A DNA stretch of 64,000 bases, the filler included, from Rhabdomonas costata (Eukaryota): the NCBI GenBank assembly GCA_019059605.1. It is 28 parts of 28 records of this genome, joined end to end, with 100 filler letters (N's around TTAATTAATTAA, not from the genome) between each part and the next. Parts side by side here need not be neighbours in the genome. Positions count along the whole stretch, not along the records: positions 38,952 to 41,141 come from JAHMHO010004968.1; positions 41,242 to 43,431 come from JAHMHO010004969.1; positions 43,532 to 45,721 come from JAHMHO010004970.1; positions 45,822 to 48,012 come from JAHMHO010004971.1; positions 48,113 to 50,301 come from JAHMHO010004972.1; positions 50,402 to 52,590 come from JAHMHO010004973.1; 22 more parts are not named here. One strand, 5' to 3'. Positions 38,965 through 51,633 of this stretch are shown here, one piece after another. Below the pieces are notes generated by a model that was given only the letters and a program-made list of their open reading frames with translations, did no database searches and was not told the DNA's origin. The first letter of the stretch is position 1; every line of letters begins with the position of its first letter. The position numbers and the translations under genes are program-made.

Positions 38965-40913
38965 ATGATGAAGCTGCTGTGGGCCAGAGTCAAAGCTCAT
39001 TTGCTTGGCGAACCCTCAGAGGACCGCTCTGTGGGGCAGCTGGAGGAGCGCGCCCTGTACGCGTTCTGCTGCCTTGGCGCTGTGTATCAATTTGCATGGT
39101 ACCTTTCCTGTTTCCGAATTTCCGCCCTCCCTTTGAGAGTGGTGCTCATCTCAGCTGCGCCTGAAGGCGAATGAGCACCACCGAATGGAGCTAAGCTAAG
39201 CTAAGCTAAGCTAAGTAAGCTCTGCGGAGAGGCACAAACTGCCAACAGTATTCATAGCAAGCGAGTGACATATAAAGCAGGCAGAATGCATCTTTAGTGG
39301 GACGTAGCTTAAACAGCCTCACACCCACCATCATACAGCCCGCCCCACTTGTGGTGGAGCGGGGGCCGCATTGGGGCCTCCACCCACAGCGTTGGGCCTT
39401 GAAGGGTTCCGGTGCGGGGGCGCAGGCTCGTCTTTAGGGCTTATAGGGAGCAAATCGGATAAGAAATGGAAACCCCGCATAGTTTGGTAAGAATGGCTGT
39501 GTACAAGGTGATTATGGCGTGCGTTTTTGCCTGCGTTAGCTGTGTTGTGGTTCCTCTGCTGCGCGTTGCAGGAGCATGGCATTGCTTCGCCCTTACCCCG
39601 CGGCGGCGGTGTCGATGGCAGTGGGCTGCGCAATGCTGTTGGCCTGCGCGGTGGTGCAGGGGGTTTGGCACCGCGGGTGGTCCCGCGAACTCCTCTGTGT
39701 AGCCGCGGCGGTGCTGGTGGCGCAGCCCCTTCTTCAGGCTGTGCTGCAGGGCGGGCTCGCCAGCTGCGTGTTTCGCCCACACTCATTGATGTTCGGCCCT
39801 GCGATTGTTCTGACCGCCTTGGGCATGCTCCGACTTGCGGTACGGCATTTCTGGGGACCGGTCTATTTCGGGAGGGGGGTTGTGGACGAAAATTTTTCGC
39901 GCAGCATTGGTACACGCACTCGCTCAGGTCGTTTTTCAAATGATTTCTGTGGTGGCGACCAGTGTCCTGGCTGTGTGGGACACGGCGCTGTCCGAAGTTA
40001 TTGTGGGCCACCTGAGGTGGGCCCCAATGCCCGAGCCTGGCCCGCTGGGCAGGCTAGTGCTGATGGACACCATTCTGCTCCAGGTGGCCCTGCTGTTGGG
40101 GTCCCTGTACCTCGCCCGCGGCGCCTGGCTGGTGGGGCCCCGCTCCATTGCAATGCCCTTGGCACAAGTGTGCCATGAGCTCAGGTTTGGCAGTGCTGGG
40201 CTTGGGAGGGCGCATCCCCTTTCTTTGGGTTCCTGCGTACGGTTGCCAGAGAATTGATGGCCCCTCCCTGCACGGACGCGACATTCATCCCCCCCACACA
40301 CACCATGCAACGTTAAATGCTTCGCTTGAGCAGACATTGTGGGAGTAAATCTTGCCTCACTTGGCCTAAATAGATCCTGCGGTGGCGGTGGCGGTTTGCT
40401 TGCTTCACTCGTTTGCGTTCACAGGTGCCGTATATCAGGAAAAAAGCTCGCAGTGGCCAAGGGCCGGGGCCACGGCGATCCAAAGCGAGTCTCAAAATTT
40501 AAAAAAGAGAAGCCCCCGATTTAAAGAAAAAAGATGCTCCACATTTCCTGTCCTGGACTGGGTTTTGCTCTTCCTCTCGGGGTTGATTTTGCGCCAGGAA
40601 CCCTTTGGTTGGAATCTTGAGTATGGCCGACGACGCCCTGGACCGCACCACCTGCCCCGAGCTCCGCTCCGACCTGGCGGTGATCCGGGACAGTGGGGCC
40701 TACCTGCTGGCTCTACTGACCAACTACCTGGACCTGGCCAAGCTCACCCAGGGTCGAATGACTCTGGAGAGGCTACCAGTGCGCCTGCCTCAGGTGCTCC
40801 GGATGGTCACAAGCCTGTTCCGGGCCCGAGCAGAGCAGAAACAGGTCACCCTGAGGGTGGCGCTCCCCTCGGAGATCCCCGTGTTCTGGGGGGACCCCAC
40901 CCGGTTGCAGCAG
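38965..40913 (+). CDS. Membrane-bound sensor histidine kinase, exons 38965-39098, 39572-39839, 39928-40184, 40598-40913 (3' partial)
   Basis: Three phase-consistent GT-AG introns. A multi-helix hydrophobic N-terminus is followed by the H-box VCHELR|NPLVGILSM, LLALLTNYLDLAKLTQGRMTLE (HisKA) and WGDPTRLQQ (start of HATPase_c). Confidence 0.92.
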
Positions 40914-41530
40914 GTGCGGGAGTGTTGGGCGTGAACCCGTGTGGCGTAACTCAAATCTAACCCTGCAACTGCTTGGAATCACAGCGCGCAAGTTGTCTCT
41001 TATATTCTTTTTAGGTTAGGCCAGGTTTGGTTTAGTTAGGTTTGAACTTGCTTGGCAAGGTATTTTTTGGCACAGTATGTCCCAGCATTGTTCACCTTAG
41101 ATGGAAGGAAAGCGGAGCGGCAATATGGTCCAACAAAACAANNNNNNNNNNNNNNNNNNNNNNNNNNNNNNNNNNNNNNNNNNNNTTAATTAATTAANNN
41201 NNNNNNNNNNNNNNNNNNNNNNNNNNNNNNNNNNNNNNNNNAGTGTAAAAATACGTTTTTTTCACCTCGTTTTTTCACTCACAGTAGCTCCACATACACG
41301 CACGATATGAAACAATAGGGACAAGCACTTACCAAGTGTAGGACGTGAAAAAAACGCAAAAAATAAAAAAGTAAAAAAGATGAAAAATGTGATGGATATG
41401 CAGATAGATGGTATAAAGTGCACCATTGCTGCATCTACCATGCCTCCTGCGTAAAATACCCGCATTCTACCCGTGGGTGTGAGATGCAGGAGATGTGGGC
41501 ATACATGCACCCAATACTCTTGGCATTCCA

Positions 41531-41945
41531 GGGGCCCCGAATTCTTTGCTGGTCGTATACTCGTCACTGCGTTCCTCGTATACTCCCTAAATGTGGTGGT
41601 TCGTACTCTCTACCCACATAAGGGGCTTACGAGTACTCACCTACCTGCCGGTGGCCCTCTATGTTGGGTATGCCTCGGTACCCTCGACATACCCTCCTAC
41701 TACCAGAGGGAGACCGCAGGGTCGACCCAGCAATACCTGCACATGCGGTGCCTTCCAGATACCCCACTCATCACTCCTAGGGTCGTGATTCGTGGGGCCC
41801 CTGGGTTCTTGCTGGTCGCATACTCCACTACGTGTAGTATGCCCCCTAAATGTGGTGGTTCGTACTCTCCACCACCATAAGGGGCCTAAGAGTACTCACA
41901 GATACAAGAGGGAGACCGGCAGGTCGACCCAGAAAGACCTGCCGT
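41531..41945. repeat. Diverged tandem duplication, period ~260 nt
   Basis: ggggcccc..ttgctggtcg.atactc occurs at 41531 and 41794, cctaaatgtggtggttcgtactctc at 41586 and 41845, and gggagaccg..ggtcgacccag at 41708 and 41910. Confidence 0.85.
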
Positions 41946-44195
41946 ACTGGCTCTGACCATTTCTTGACATTACTGAACCTTGTACGTGATGGACACTTCC
42001 AGTGTTGACTGTTTCTTAGGTAGGTCAAATAACGAATCTATGCCTAATATAACTACTACTAACGTGCCTTAAGATTTTAAACATTTTTTTCCTCTTTGGA
42101 ACATGGTTTAGATGGATTACTAATAATTTAAATTTACATGGAGTATTCAAAAAACCAGAAATATCTTTATCCACTGAGGTTATTCAAAATTCCATTTATG
42201 CCTTGTCGCATGACTTGAAGCGTAATAACGTAGCAGAAAGCTGTAAACATTCGCCGACAAAAGTTCTTACTGCGTTCCTAAAAAAAGGACAACCATACCA
42301 TAGCAAAACTCCGGATAAGGTTCTCAGTCCACGAGCAGAAGCAATACAAGAATATATTTCGGCTCAAGCTAAACGTTGCTCAAGGATTTTAGAAATAGAA
42401 GCTCAAACCAAGGAGCTAGCATTGCAAGAATTGTTAATAGAAAAAACCGACTTAGGGTTGTTGACAGAATTTAACCCTAACAACGAACCACAAATAACAC
42501 GGCTAACTAAGTCGCTCCAACACACGTTAGCCAAAAAAACGCTATAGAACTAGCAAAAGAACACTTTGAGGTTGTGGTTTGGCCGACCAAAATTGCTGAA
42601 ATTTTAAGTCAGAAAACCTAGAACAAAAAACCAAAAATGCTTGTGGATTACTTTTGTTGTGGTTAAAAGCGAGTTTGGTAGGTTTTTGGCCATTTTGGTG
42701 TTGTCGGTGTGGGGGTTTGGTAGCAAGCATCAAGAAAACGTCTTCTAATTAAACTCTCTGCCCTCAGCTTTACTCAAGCCATTTAGTACTCGACACCTGC
42801 ACTCTGGACTTTTTTCTTCTCTTAGGCTCTCGACTTTTCAACGCTCACATGTAACACACTTTTCTTCTTGCACCTTTGCTGAACGTTATTGGAAGTGAAG
42901 ATTTTGAGCTTCAACTCTTCTGCTTCTTTGCAACTTCAGCTTTCTTCTACTTTGAACTTGATAACGCTTCAAATTGGAATTTCATTGATTCCATGAGATT
43001 TTACTCATCTGTCAAAAACCTCTTAGCTTTCTTTAAGTCAATGCAACAGTTCTGGGAAAAGCATGCACTGAACTTAACATTCCCATATGTTTTTGAAACC
43101 AAGTAGCAGTCACCAAACAACATCTCTTGAAAACGTGCCACCTAACTTTACTGAGCCATTTTTAATATTATCACAGCGTTTACTTTCGAAATTACTGGCG
43201 TTTTCAATAGGTCATCAATGTGGTCACGTAGTCTCATATTCGACAGGAAAAGTTAATGAGAGGAAAATAAGCCGAATTTAAGGACAATTGTTGGGTAATA
43301 ATTCAAGGAAACGCAATGTTTATTCTTTTTCTGGTTTCAGTTTTGGCTACGCCGAATGAATATCCCGAATTGTTTGCCCACAATCCGGTAAATTGCTACT
43401 TATAACAAGAAGCATTTTAAGTGGTAAGTGGNNNNNNNNNNNNNNNNNNNNNNNNNNNNNNNNNNNNNNNNNNNNTTAATTAATTAANNNNNNNNNNNNN
43501 NNNNNNNNNNNNNNNNNNNNNNNNNNNNNNNGGTGTGTGGGAAAGGGCTACAGGGACCAGAGTATTCCGTGTGTGTTGAGGCACTGGGCCGGGATCTGCT
43601 CGTTAGCTCACTGTGCGGTGTACTCCGTTTCCGGGGAGTCGGAGTGTGACTCTACCCCTCATCAGGGGCGTGCTGACCCCTGACCAGAGTATTCCGTGTG
43701 TGTGTGTGTGTGTGGTACTGATGAGGTGTAATTTCCCTGTATTGGAGAGCTATGCTGGTGAAAAATAGATTTATATGGCGAAAATTGAAGAAAAACTTAT
43801 CGAGCCTTCATAATTGCACATTAAAAGCGAGTATCGTGGATCCGAAATTCTCAGTTTGGATAGAGGAATTACAGCAAAAATTTCGGCTTCTGATGCATTC
43901 CTTCCCGTTTTGGGGTTTTGCTTTAATTGAAAATTTTACCTGAGACCCAGAAAAGCAGCCCAAGCAATTTATTCCTGAACGCGTTTTTCAAAGCCGATCT
44001 CCGCACCCTCCGCTGTCGATAACAAGAAGATGAGCACTAATGGAAACTAATACAACTCAATATATTGAGGTATGACGAAAACAGCGCAAGACGGCAATCG
44101 AAGGCGGACAGCGACGCACGACTGGGTTTCTTCATGGCCCTTTCCTACAGCCCAGCGACGAAGACATGCAATGCTAGGCAAACAGAACGCAAGAC

Positions 44196-44885
44196 CTGCT
44201 GTAGACAGTACAGGTAGTCCACCTCGGAGAGGACAGGCTCCCAGCCAAATAGTACCCCCAGAATTTCCTCAGCAATCACCTGCTCAGGCTTTATCTGTAA
44301 AAGCTGGTAGGCCCAGGAGGCAGCCCGAAAGTTAAGCAGTGCATGGAGAACCCTCACACAGGCAGCCTTTCTTTCGGTGCATTTGGGAGCGGCGGTTTGG
44401 ACCCCTTCTTCCAGAAGCAGGGTGGTGTCCCCCGAGGAATGCACAGTCATGTGCTCATGCTCGTAAACCTTAAGAAACATGCATCCCAGCAAAAGCGCAA
44501 GCTCTCGGAGAAACTCGTCTGTGGTGGATGTCGCAGATGCAGAGTTGATGGCGACCATGGTGGAGGACAAACCACTACGCTGCTGAAGAGCGGCAAGTAC
44601 TGCGACAAAAAGGCGAAACAGGCTCCCACTGGAACGAAACCACTGGGGCTTCGACTGCACCAAGGATAGAACTGCAAGACGCTGGTGAAGGGCACTGAAA
44701 AAGTGTCCCGAGGAAAGGCCGTGGAGAAGAAGTCGGTGGAATTCAAGCAGGGCAGAGTGATATTGCCCGTACGCCTCGCCATTAAAGTACGCAATGTGCA
44801 CTTTAACGGAATTGTGGCCAGGATAATCCGTTTCCGACTGAAGGGCTGGAGTGCAGGGCTGATGCTCTTCCACCAGACTCCATAA
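44196..44885 (-). CDS. Large 690-nt internal exon of a Leu-rich helical hypothetical protein
   Basis: cttgcgcag|LWSLVEEHQ...VDYLYCLQQ|gtcttg, 230 open codons, phase 0 at both ends. Confidence 0.75.
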
Positions 44886-45882
44886 CTGCGCAAGCAGAAC
44901 AGCCCCCCAGCAGCAATGGGCACACAGAGGATTATGCACAAAGAAAAACGAATGCTTGGATAACCTGGCCACCGTCGAAAACGTACCCTTCAAAAACACC
45001 CCTTTGGTGGAATAAACCAAGGAGAAAAACTGAATTTCTCCTGAGTCACCGTACGTTCACCATCTATCCTGTGTCCACCTCCTCGGTCAGTCAGTCCCCC
45101 CTATCTTTCTCTCTCACTGCTCTCCCTGGCCATTCAGGTTTTGATCTGCCACAAAGATGCCAATGTCCCAATGTTTTGCACACAAACGAAAAATGCATTC
45201 TGCACTGAGGTAGATTGGATTTGAAGCACCCCGTTGGGCGGTCGTAAAACTTGCAACAAAGCGGAATTCATACAGAAACAAAGCGTGGCGATCAAACCTG
45301 TCGGTACTTTTGGGGGAGTAAATCCTCAGAGGAGCGGCATTGCTCCTCTGCGGATTCAGCTTTGGCGCTACTTCGCACCAACCGTTGCAGAGTGTGCTGA
45401 AAAGTCTTCAGATATTCTTCCGGGGCATGGGTTAAAGCGTTTGATACTGCCATCATTTGATGTCGAAAACAAAAGACATTATCCTCACAGCGGACGGAGA
45501 TGCGAATCTGTTTAAGCCTGCTAAAAGGGCTGCAGATTCATCGAATCATTCAGTACCCACAATTCAGCACATGAGGAAGTGGACATCAAGGTATTGCGAG
45601 TCTTCAAACACGCAAGTGACCGAAAGTGGACCCTTGCGTACCTTACGGCTTCTCATCTCTTTCTTGTTCCGTACGTGTTGTTTGCTGTTTGCTGTTAAGA
45701 AAAAAAAAGGGGGGGGGGGGGNNNNNNNNNNNNNNNNNNNNNNNNNNNNNNNNNNNNNNNNNNNNTTAATTAATTAANNNNNNNNNNNNNNNNNNNNNNN
45801 NNNNNNNNNNNNNNNNNNNNNTGTGGGGGAAAGCGCATCCAGTATTTCACTCAAGCACTCTCGTCTCGTACGTGATGAGATC

Positions 45883-48012
45883 GCTTGAGTGAAATACTGG
45901 ATGCGCTTTCCCCCGCACCTCTGGTGTAATGTCCAGTACAAAGATCGTCTCCGTACTCTTTTTAATGATGGTAAACTGTCCCACCGCTTTCGGCATCAAA
46001 TTCCCCGGGGGGTCTCCAAATCTCCCTGGTAATGCTTCCGCTTACTGATCAACACATCCTGACACACACAGAATTTGTAATCCGCTCTTTTGCGATTGGT
46101 ATACGTCGCAGCCTCTGCTTCTCCTTCTCGAATGCCTCCCGCACTTTCTTCCAAATTGTTTTCATTTTCTGAATATGGACTTTACCTTCACCTGGTGTGG
46201 GCTCTGTAGACTGTGGAATGTTCCACCAGAACACCGGATGGTACCCGTAGTTCAGGCAGAATGTGATGTACTCTGTATTGGCAATAGACGCACTGTTGAT
46301 TGCAATCTCCACAAGTACCAAAAGATCCATCCAAGTCATGCCTGTATGCGAATACATCAGCGTAGTCATCACCTGCTTCATGGTCTGATTGGTCCTTTCG
46401 GCTTGCCCGTTAGTTTGTGGTTGGTATGGCAAGGATCTTCTGCTCTGGATGTCCATGAAGATCGGATCTAGATCGCTCACAATACTCATCGGCAAACCAT
46501 GGTGTCTCACTACCTCCCACCAGAACAACTCTGCAATGTCGTGGGCATTCATTTTGTTATAGCACGGTATCAACACAGCCATATTCGTTGCCCTATATGT
46601 AACGTTAAAAACCTCATTCACCACCTGCCCTTTGCCTGAAAACTTCCAAGGGCCTGGCGGCATGGAAACGAAATCCAAATGGATTCCCATTTCCTCACGG
46701 GCACCTCCAACACCTGTGTATGGCCTCTTGGCAAATGGTGGTCCGCATCTCTGACACACATCAAAGGTACGCACATAAGCTCGCACCTTTCTCTTGATGT
46801 TCTTGAACGTGTAAGTGCGCTTGATCATGGCGGCCGTCCTGGCTACTACACAAAGCCCTGATGCTGGAGAATTGTGGTACCGCGAAATCACCTCTAACTC
46901 CATCTGGAAATGTACCACAATCTTCCACAGCTCAAAAATTCTACCATTGTGCCACTTTGTAGGGTCCAACAACTCTGCAGTGGTCAAGTTGAAAGACCTC
47001 TTCCGCACTATTGGGTCAATCAAGTAGTCTGCCCACCAATCCTCTGGATTACCTGCTGCTGCCACCCTTAAAGGTGCACAGAGAGGTCTATTGAACCCCA
47101 ACGTCGCCAAACTCAACAAACACTCCATCTGTGCAAATCCCAGACTCGCCTCGTCCACTGGGTGCCTAGATAAGGCATACGCAGCGACATTTTGCCTTCC
47201 GGGAATATGGGCTATCTGCAAAGTATACCTCTGCAATCTCTCCAACCACCGCACTTGCCTTGGCGAAGGCCGGGGGTTCTTCTGCAAATAGCTTAACGCC
47301 GAGTTGTCCGTGTGAACTCTGACATCTGAACCCAGCAAGTAATGCCTCCATTCTTCCAACGTGTCTACCAACTCTAGCATCTCCTTCTCATGCACTAGGT
47401 AGTTTTTTGGAACAATACGCCACCAAGTGCATCTTTCCATCTTCACCTTGTTGCGAAATTGTGTCTTCAATCCACACATCTGAAGCATCCGTGTGAAGCA
47501 CCATTGGCATCTTAAAATCTGGCACGACCAAAACTTGAGATTTCAACAGTCTGGCTTTCAACATCTGAAACGCCGTCTCCTGCGCTTCACTCCAAACCCA
47601 CTCCTTCTTCTTCTTCATTAAATCCGTCACTGTGGCTGCCACTGTGGCGTAATCTTCCACGAATATCTGGTAAAACCCACACAACCCAAGAAAACTCTTC
47701 ACCTCAGAAGGGTTCCGCAACTGCGGCCATTTGTACACGGCCATTAACTTCATCGGCTGTGGTCTGGTCCCATTTCTACAAACAATAAATCCACAATACT
47801 CGACTTATGGCTGTGCAAACATGCACTTCTCTGTATTTACAAAAAGCTTCTCTTTAACCAACCTCTGGTACAACACCAGCAACGCTTCCACATGGGCTTC
47901 CAATGTCTTCGTATGGACGAGATTGTCGTCCACGAACGCATCTGTAGTCTATCGCAGATACTCAAGAACGAAGTCCATGGTTCTCTGGAACCTGGCTGGG
48001 GCACACCCACCC
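45883..48012 (-). mobile_element. Degenerate Ty3/Gypsy pol (RT-RNase H-integrase)
   Basis: RT: APARFQRTM, FVDD, VKSFLGLCGFY. RNase H: LHTDAS, EKEML..EEWRHYLLG, VHTDNSAL. Integrase: IVSDLDP, QTNGQAERTNQ, C-terminal HPVFHSS. The order RT-RH-IN is Gypsy-type. Stops and frameshifts are present. Confidence 0.97.
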
Positions 48013-48112
48013 NNNNNNNNNNNNNNNNNNNNNNNNNNNNNNNNNNNNNNNNNNNNTTAATTAATTAANNNNNNNNNNNNNNNNNNNNNNNNNNNNNNNN
48101 NNNNNNNNNNNN

Positions 48113-50260
48113 CCGCTTCAACAGCGCGAACATCAGCGACCGTCAGGTCGCGAACAGTAGAGCGGGCGGGTCCACTGCGAAGAGCAGGCGGAGGGCGGGA
48201 GGAGGACTGCTCGGTCTCGGCCATGATCCGCTCCCGTCGCCGAAGAACATCGGCAAGGCGTTCGCAGAGCAGGAGGTGAAAGGACCGCAGGATGATGGTC
48301 ACCTCCCACTTTTCCAATGCAGGTAACAGCCCTCGTAGTGAGAGCGGGAGCAAACCCACCGCAAGGTGAGGAAGGTGAGCTTGTAACCACGCAGGAGGGA
48401 GGCCGGGTCGACCTCGAACTCCACAGGCCTTGGTCCAGAAGTCGGGTGCTAACTGCACCAAGTCAGAGGAGCCCGTAGTGGGGCACCCCAGCACCGCATG
48501 GGCGTCGTCCTCGATGGCGGCAGAGCAACAGAGACACCGAGGAGACGAAGCCAGTCGTGCAGTGACAAGCCGGGCCTGGGTATTCAAAGCACCAGCACGA
48601 GCACGGGCCACCCACTTGAGGACCGGGGGGCACACAGGATATACGAAATGGTGATCTGCCACGTGCGGGCGCCGGAAGAGCACAGTGGAAGAGGGCCAGT
48701 CAAAGGCCATTCCAGCCGGGTACAGCTGAGCGAGCCAGGCTCTGCGGGCACTGCCCTCCTGAAGTCGGGCGGTCCACCAGGTTGTAGTAACAGCTGCTGA
48801 GAGTTCCGAGAGGCACTGGCCGGCTTCATCGCGGAGCTGGACCGCGTCCTCGAAACGCGCATCGGAAGAGTGATATTGCCTCCTGGCGTGAACCGCCTGC
48901 TTCGCCAACAGGTCCGCCGCCGCATTGCCCAGAGCCTTGACTGCTCCCTTGGACGCCGCCGCGTCGTCATGCGCCTTCACCTTCTCTAAGGTGGGTGCAT
49001 CAAGGCGATGGGCCCATTGATGAAGGAATTCCCTTACCACCACACGCTCAGGGCACGAAAAGACCGCCCTGGGAGAGCGTCGGCCCCAGGCTCCCACCAG
49101 CTGCAAGGCACAGAGCGACTGGAAACCCGCCACGAGGGTGAGCGCCACCAGTTCACAATGGGTGGAGCTGCGAGGCTGTGGGACACTGTTCTGGAAGGAG
49201 ACGGAGGAATACCACTGCAGGGCCGCCGCCCCTCCCTGGCTGCTCACCGAGCCGTCAGTCCAGACGGCACTCCGAGGAGGGGGGTCGTCGGCGGGCAAGT
49301 AACGGATTTGGCCCCGGTAGCAGGGCTCGGGGTCCAAGTGGGGCCAGTTAGAAGCAGTTACAGCCTGGCGGTTGCAGTAGACTCGCCACCGGAGAGAGGA
49401 AAGCGCCGCTCCAAGTGCAGGAGTAGGCTCAACCCATGTAATCCCATCAGGCGAAGCCAGCGTACTGTGCAGAGTACCCAAAAACCCCGAATGATTGGCG
49501 ACGACCTGGAGCCATCGGACCCGACGAGCAAGCATATCCAGCGCGGGTCCGGAACGGCGTAAGCTCCCAAAGGGAGACCCCCGATTACTTCCACGGCGGC
49601 GAAGTGGCTAAGGCAGAGTGGAGGGAGGCGAGTGAGTGCACGCTTCCCTTGGGCCCACAGAGGCAATGGCTGAGCGTTCGAGACATTGCGCACCTCCGAG
49701 CCATAGAGAGCCCGAGGGAGAACGGCCGCGCCCCACAACTGAGAAGCCACAGGGGCGGGTACAGACAGCCCCACCAGCCGGCGGCCTGAGAGGAGGGCCT
49801 GCGGAAGCCGGGTCGCAACATGGGTCGCCAGCTACCTCCATGCGCAGCTCGATGGCCACCATCCGGAAGGTGGCCCGAGACTCAAGGTCCAAGGGCCCCG
49901 AGTCCAAAGTCAAGGTAATCTTCTGACCCCCGGCAACTCCGAGCACCAAAGTTCAGTTTTGCCCAGGTAAAGCTGCACACGAAGGAGCTGACACCAAGCC
50001 TGGTACGCGCCCACCAGGAACTCCACTTCTCGGAGATAGGCAGCAAGCAGACGCACGTCATCCGCGTAGCTGGTTGATGCAAGATATGAGTCATCCAACT
50101 TCACCCCAACCAGCGGTGGAACGGCTCGAATAGGATATTCAGGAGGTCGGGACTGGCCGGGCAGCCCTGGGCACGCCCATTGGCCATAGTCCATTCCGAC
50201 CCATCGACTTGGCCGTAACGGAAACGGTGCCGGAGGTGGGCATAGAAGTGCTTGAATCAC
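48113..50260 (-). mobile_element. Degenerate non-LTR retrotransposon (LINE): RT end, RNase H, C-terminal zinc finger
   Basis: RT: SYADDVRLLA, GKTELW, VLPRALYGSEV. RNase H: VWTDGSV, STHCELVAL, EKVKAH, GNAAADLLAK. Zinc finger: CLCC...EDDAHAVLGCP. At least three frameshifts. Confidence 0.93.
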
Positions 50261-50807
50261 CGGATAACCTCCGAAGAGATGCCCGTCTCCCCCCCACCAC
50301 CNNNNNNNNNNNNNNNNNNNNNNNNNNNNNNNNNNNNNNNNNNNNTTAATTAATTAANNNNNNNNNNNNNNNNNNNNNNNNNNNNNNNNNNNNNNNNNNN
50401 NGTTTTGTGGTGTTATATGGGCGGGCGGCTGCCCTGTGCTGTTTGGCATGCGCTCGGAAAGAGTGATTGTAATGGTACGTCATTCGTTCCTCCATAATGG
50501 TCAGATATGATTTGAATTTGGCTTCAATCCAACCATAATATTTCATATTTTCCATTTTTGATGTCTGGAAAGTTGTGTGCCGCTGACGGTTCTATCGTTA
50601 TCATCACTGGGGTTTCCCTTGTGCACTGTGTCCCTGCTTGTGTGTGTCCGCGTATACGTGGCATGCCTGTATGGGTATGAGTGGGATAGGCTGCAATGCC
50701 GTTGCCATTCCTTCTGGTCACTCGGCGTTGCATCCGCGGGGGTGTCTGTATGTGCCAGTGGCGGAGATGGAGGAGGATGGGATAGGGGTGCATTTTTTTT
50801 GCGATAG

Positions 50808-51633
50808 AAGCCTCGCCCTTGGGCCCTGCGAAGGCCGAGGGGGAAGGGGAGGAGTCGAGTTACGCCTTCTCAGGACGCCCCGGGGACGATGGGACAGATT
50901 GTGGTCCGTCCGCCAGCCCAGTTGCTGTGCCCGGAAGGTGTGGTCACCCTCCGCTGTTGCCATTTACGCGCAGCTATTAATTTACTCGCATTTCGAGGAT
51001 GGCTTAGCCAGCCACGTCAGTTGGAACAGGGAACCAATGTGCCGCCGGAACGCCTGCCTGACATAACCTCATTGTGTTCGCAGGCCGGCTTTGCCAACGA
51101 ATCATGTGAACTTCGATCGCTGGACATCGAGTGGTTTCCTTTCTTTCAGTCATTCCGTCCCTTGATCCGTCATCCGATGGGTTGTTCCATCACGTTGGGT
51201 CAGGTGATGTCGCATCACTATTTTTCTGGGATTTTAATAAAATTTGTACCGTAATGCAACGAGTAGAGTTTAGGCACGTCGCTCAATAAAACTCCCAGCA
51301 GTCCAAAACGTTCTATTTAGATTCTCAATAGATTTCGTGCAGCTATGAGACGAGTGCGATGGGTTGTAATTAAAGGTCCGGCTTCGACTTCGTGACCCTT
51401 TATCAGCGCTACAAAGTGTCCGAATTTCGTCATTAAGTCGTTCGCGCAGCTGTTTCAATTCAACTCACACCATCTTCGTTGCGCGCAGGGCGGCCGCCGA
51501 GGACTCCGAGGTGGTGGTGGACTACGAGGACGAGGATGGGTTGGCCCGAATTCTGGCCCGGTTCAAGCGCAGGCTGCTTCCGCGGTGGAACCCGGAGGCT
51601 CGCGGGCCTGGAGTCAGCCTGGCGATTGCCTAG
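50808..51633 (+). CDS. Last three exons of a hypothetical protein (~50808-50937, 51084-51130, 51489-51633)
   Basis: Phase-compatible chain ...WSVRQPSCCARK|AGFANESCELRSLDI-E|AAAEDSEVVVDYEDEDGLARILARFKRRLLPRWNPE...AIA*. Confidence 0.6.

Noticed and set aside
43555-43702. 21-bp direct repeat gaccagagtattccgtgtgtg as a mini-CRISPR
   Set aside because: Only two copies ~127 nt apart, running into a TG microsatellite, in eukaryotic DNA with no cas genes.
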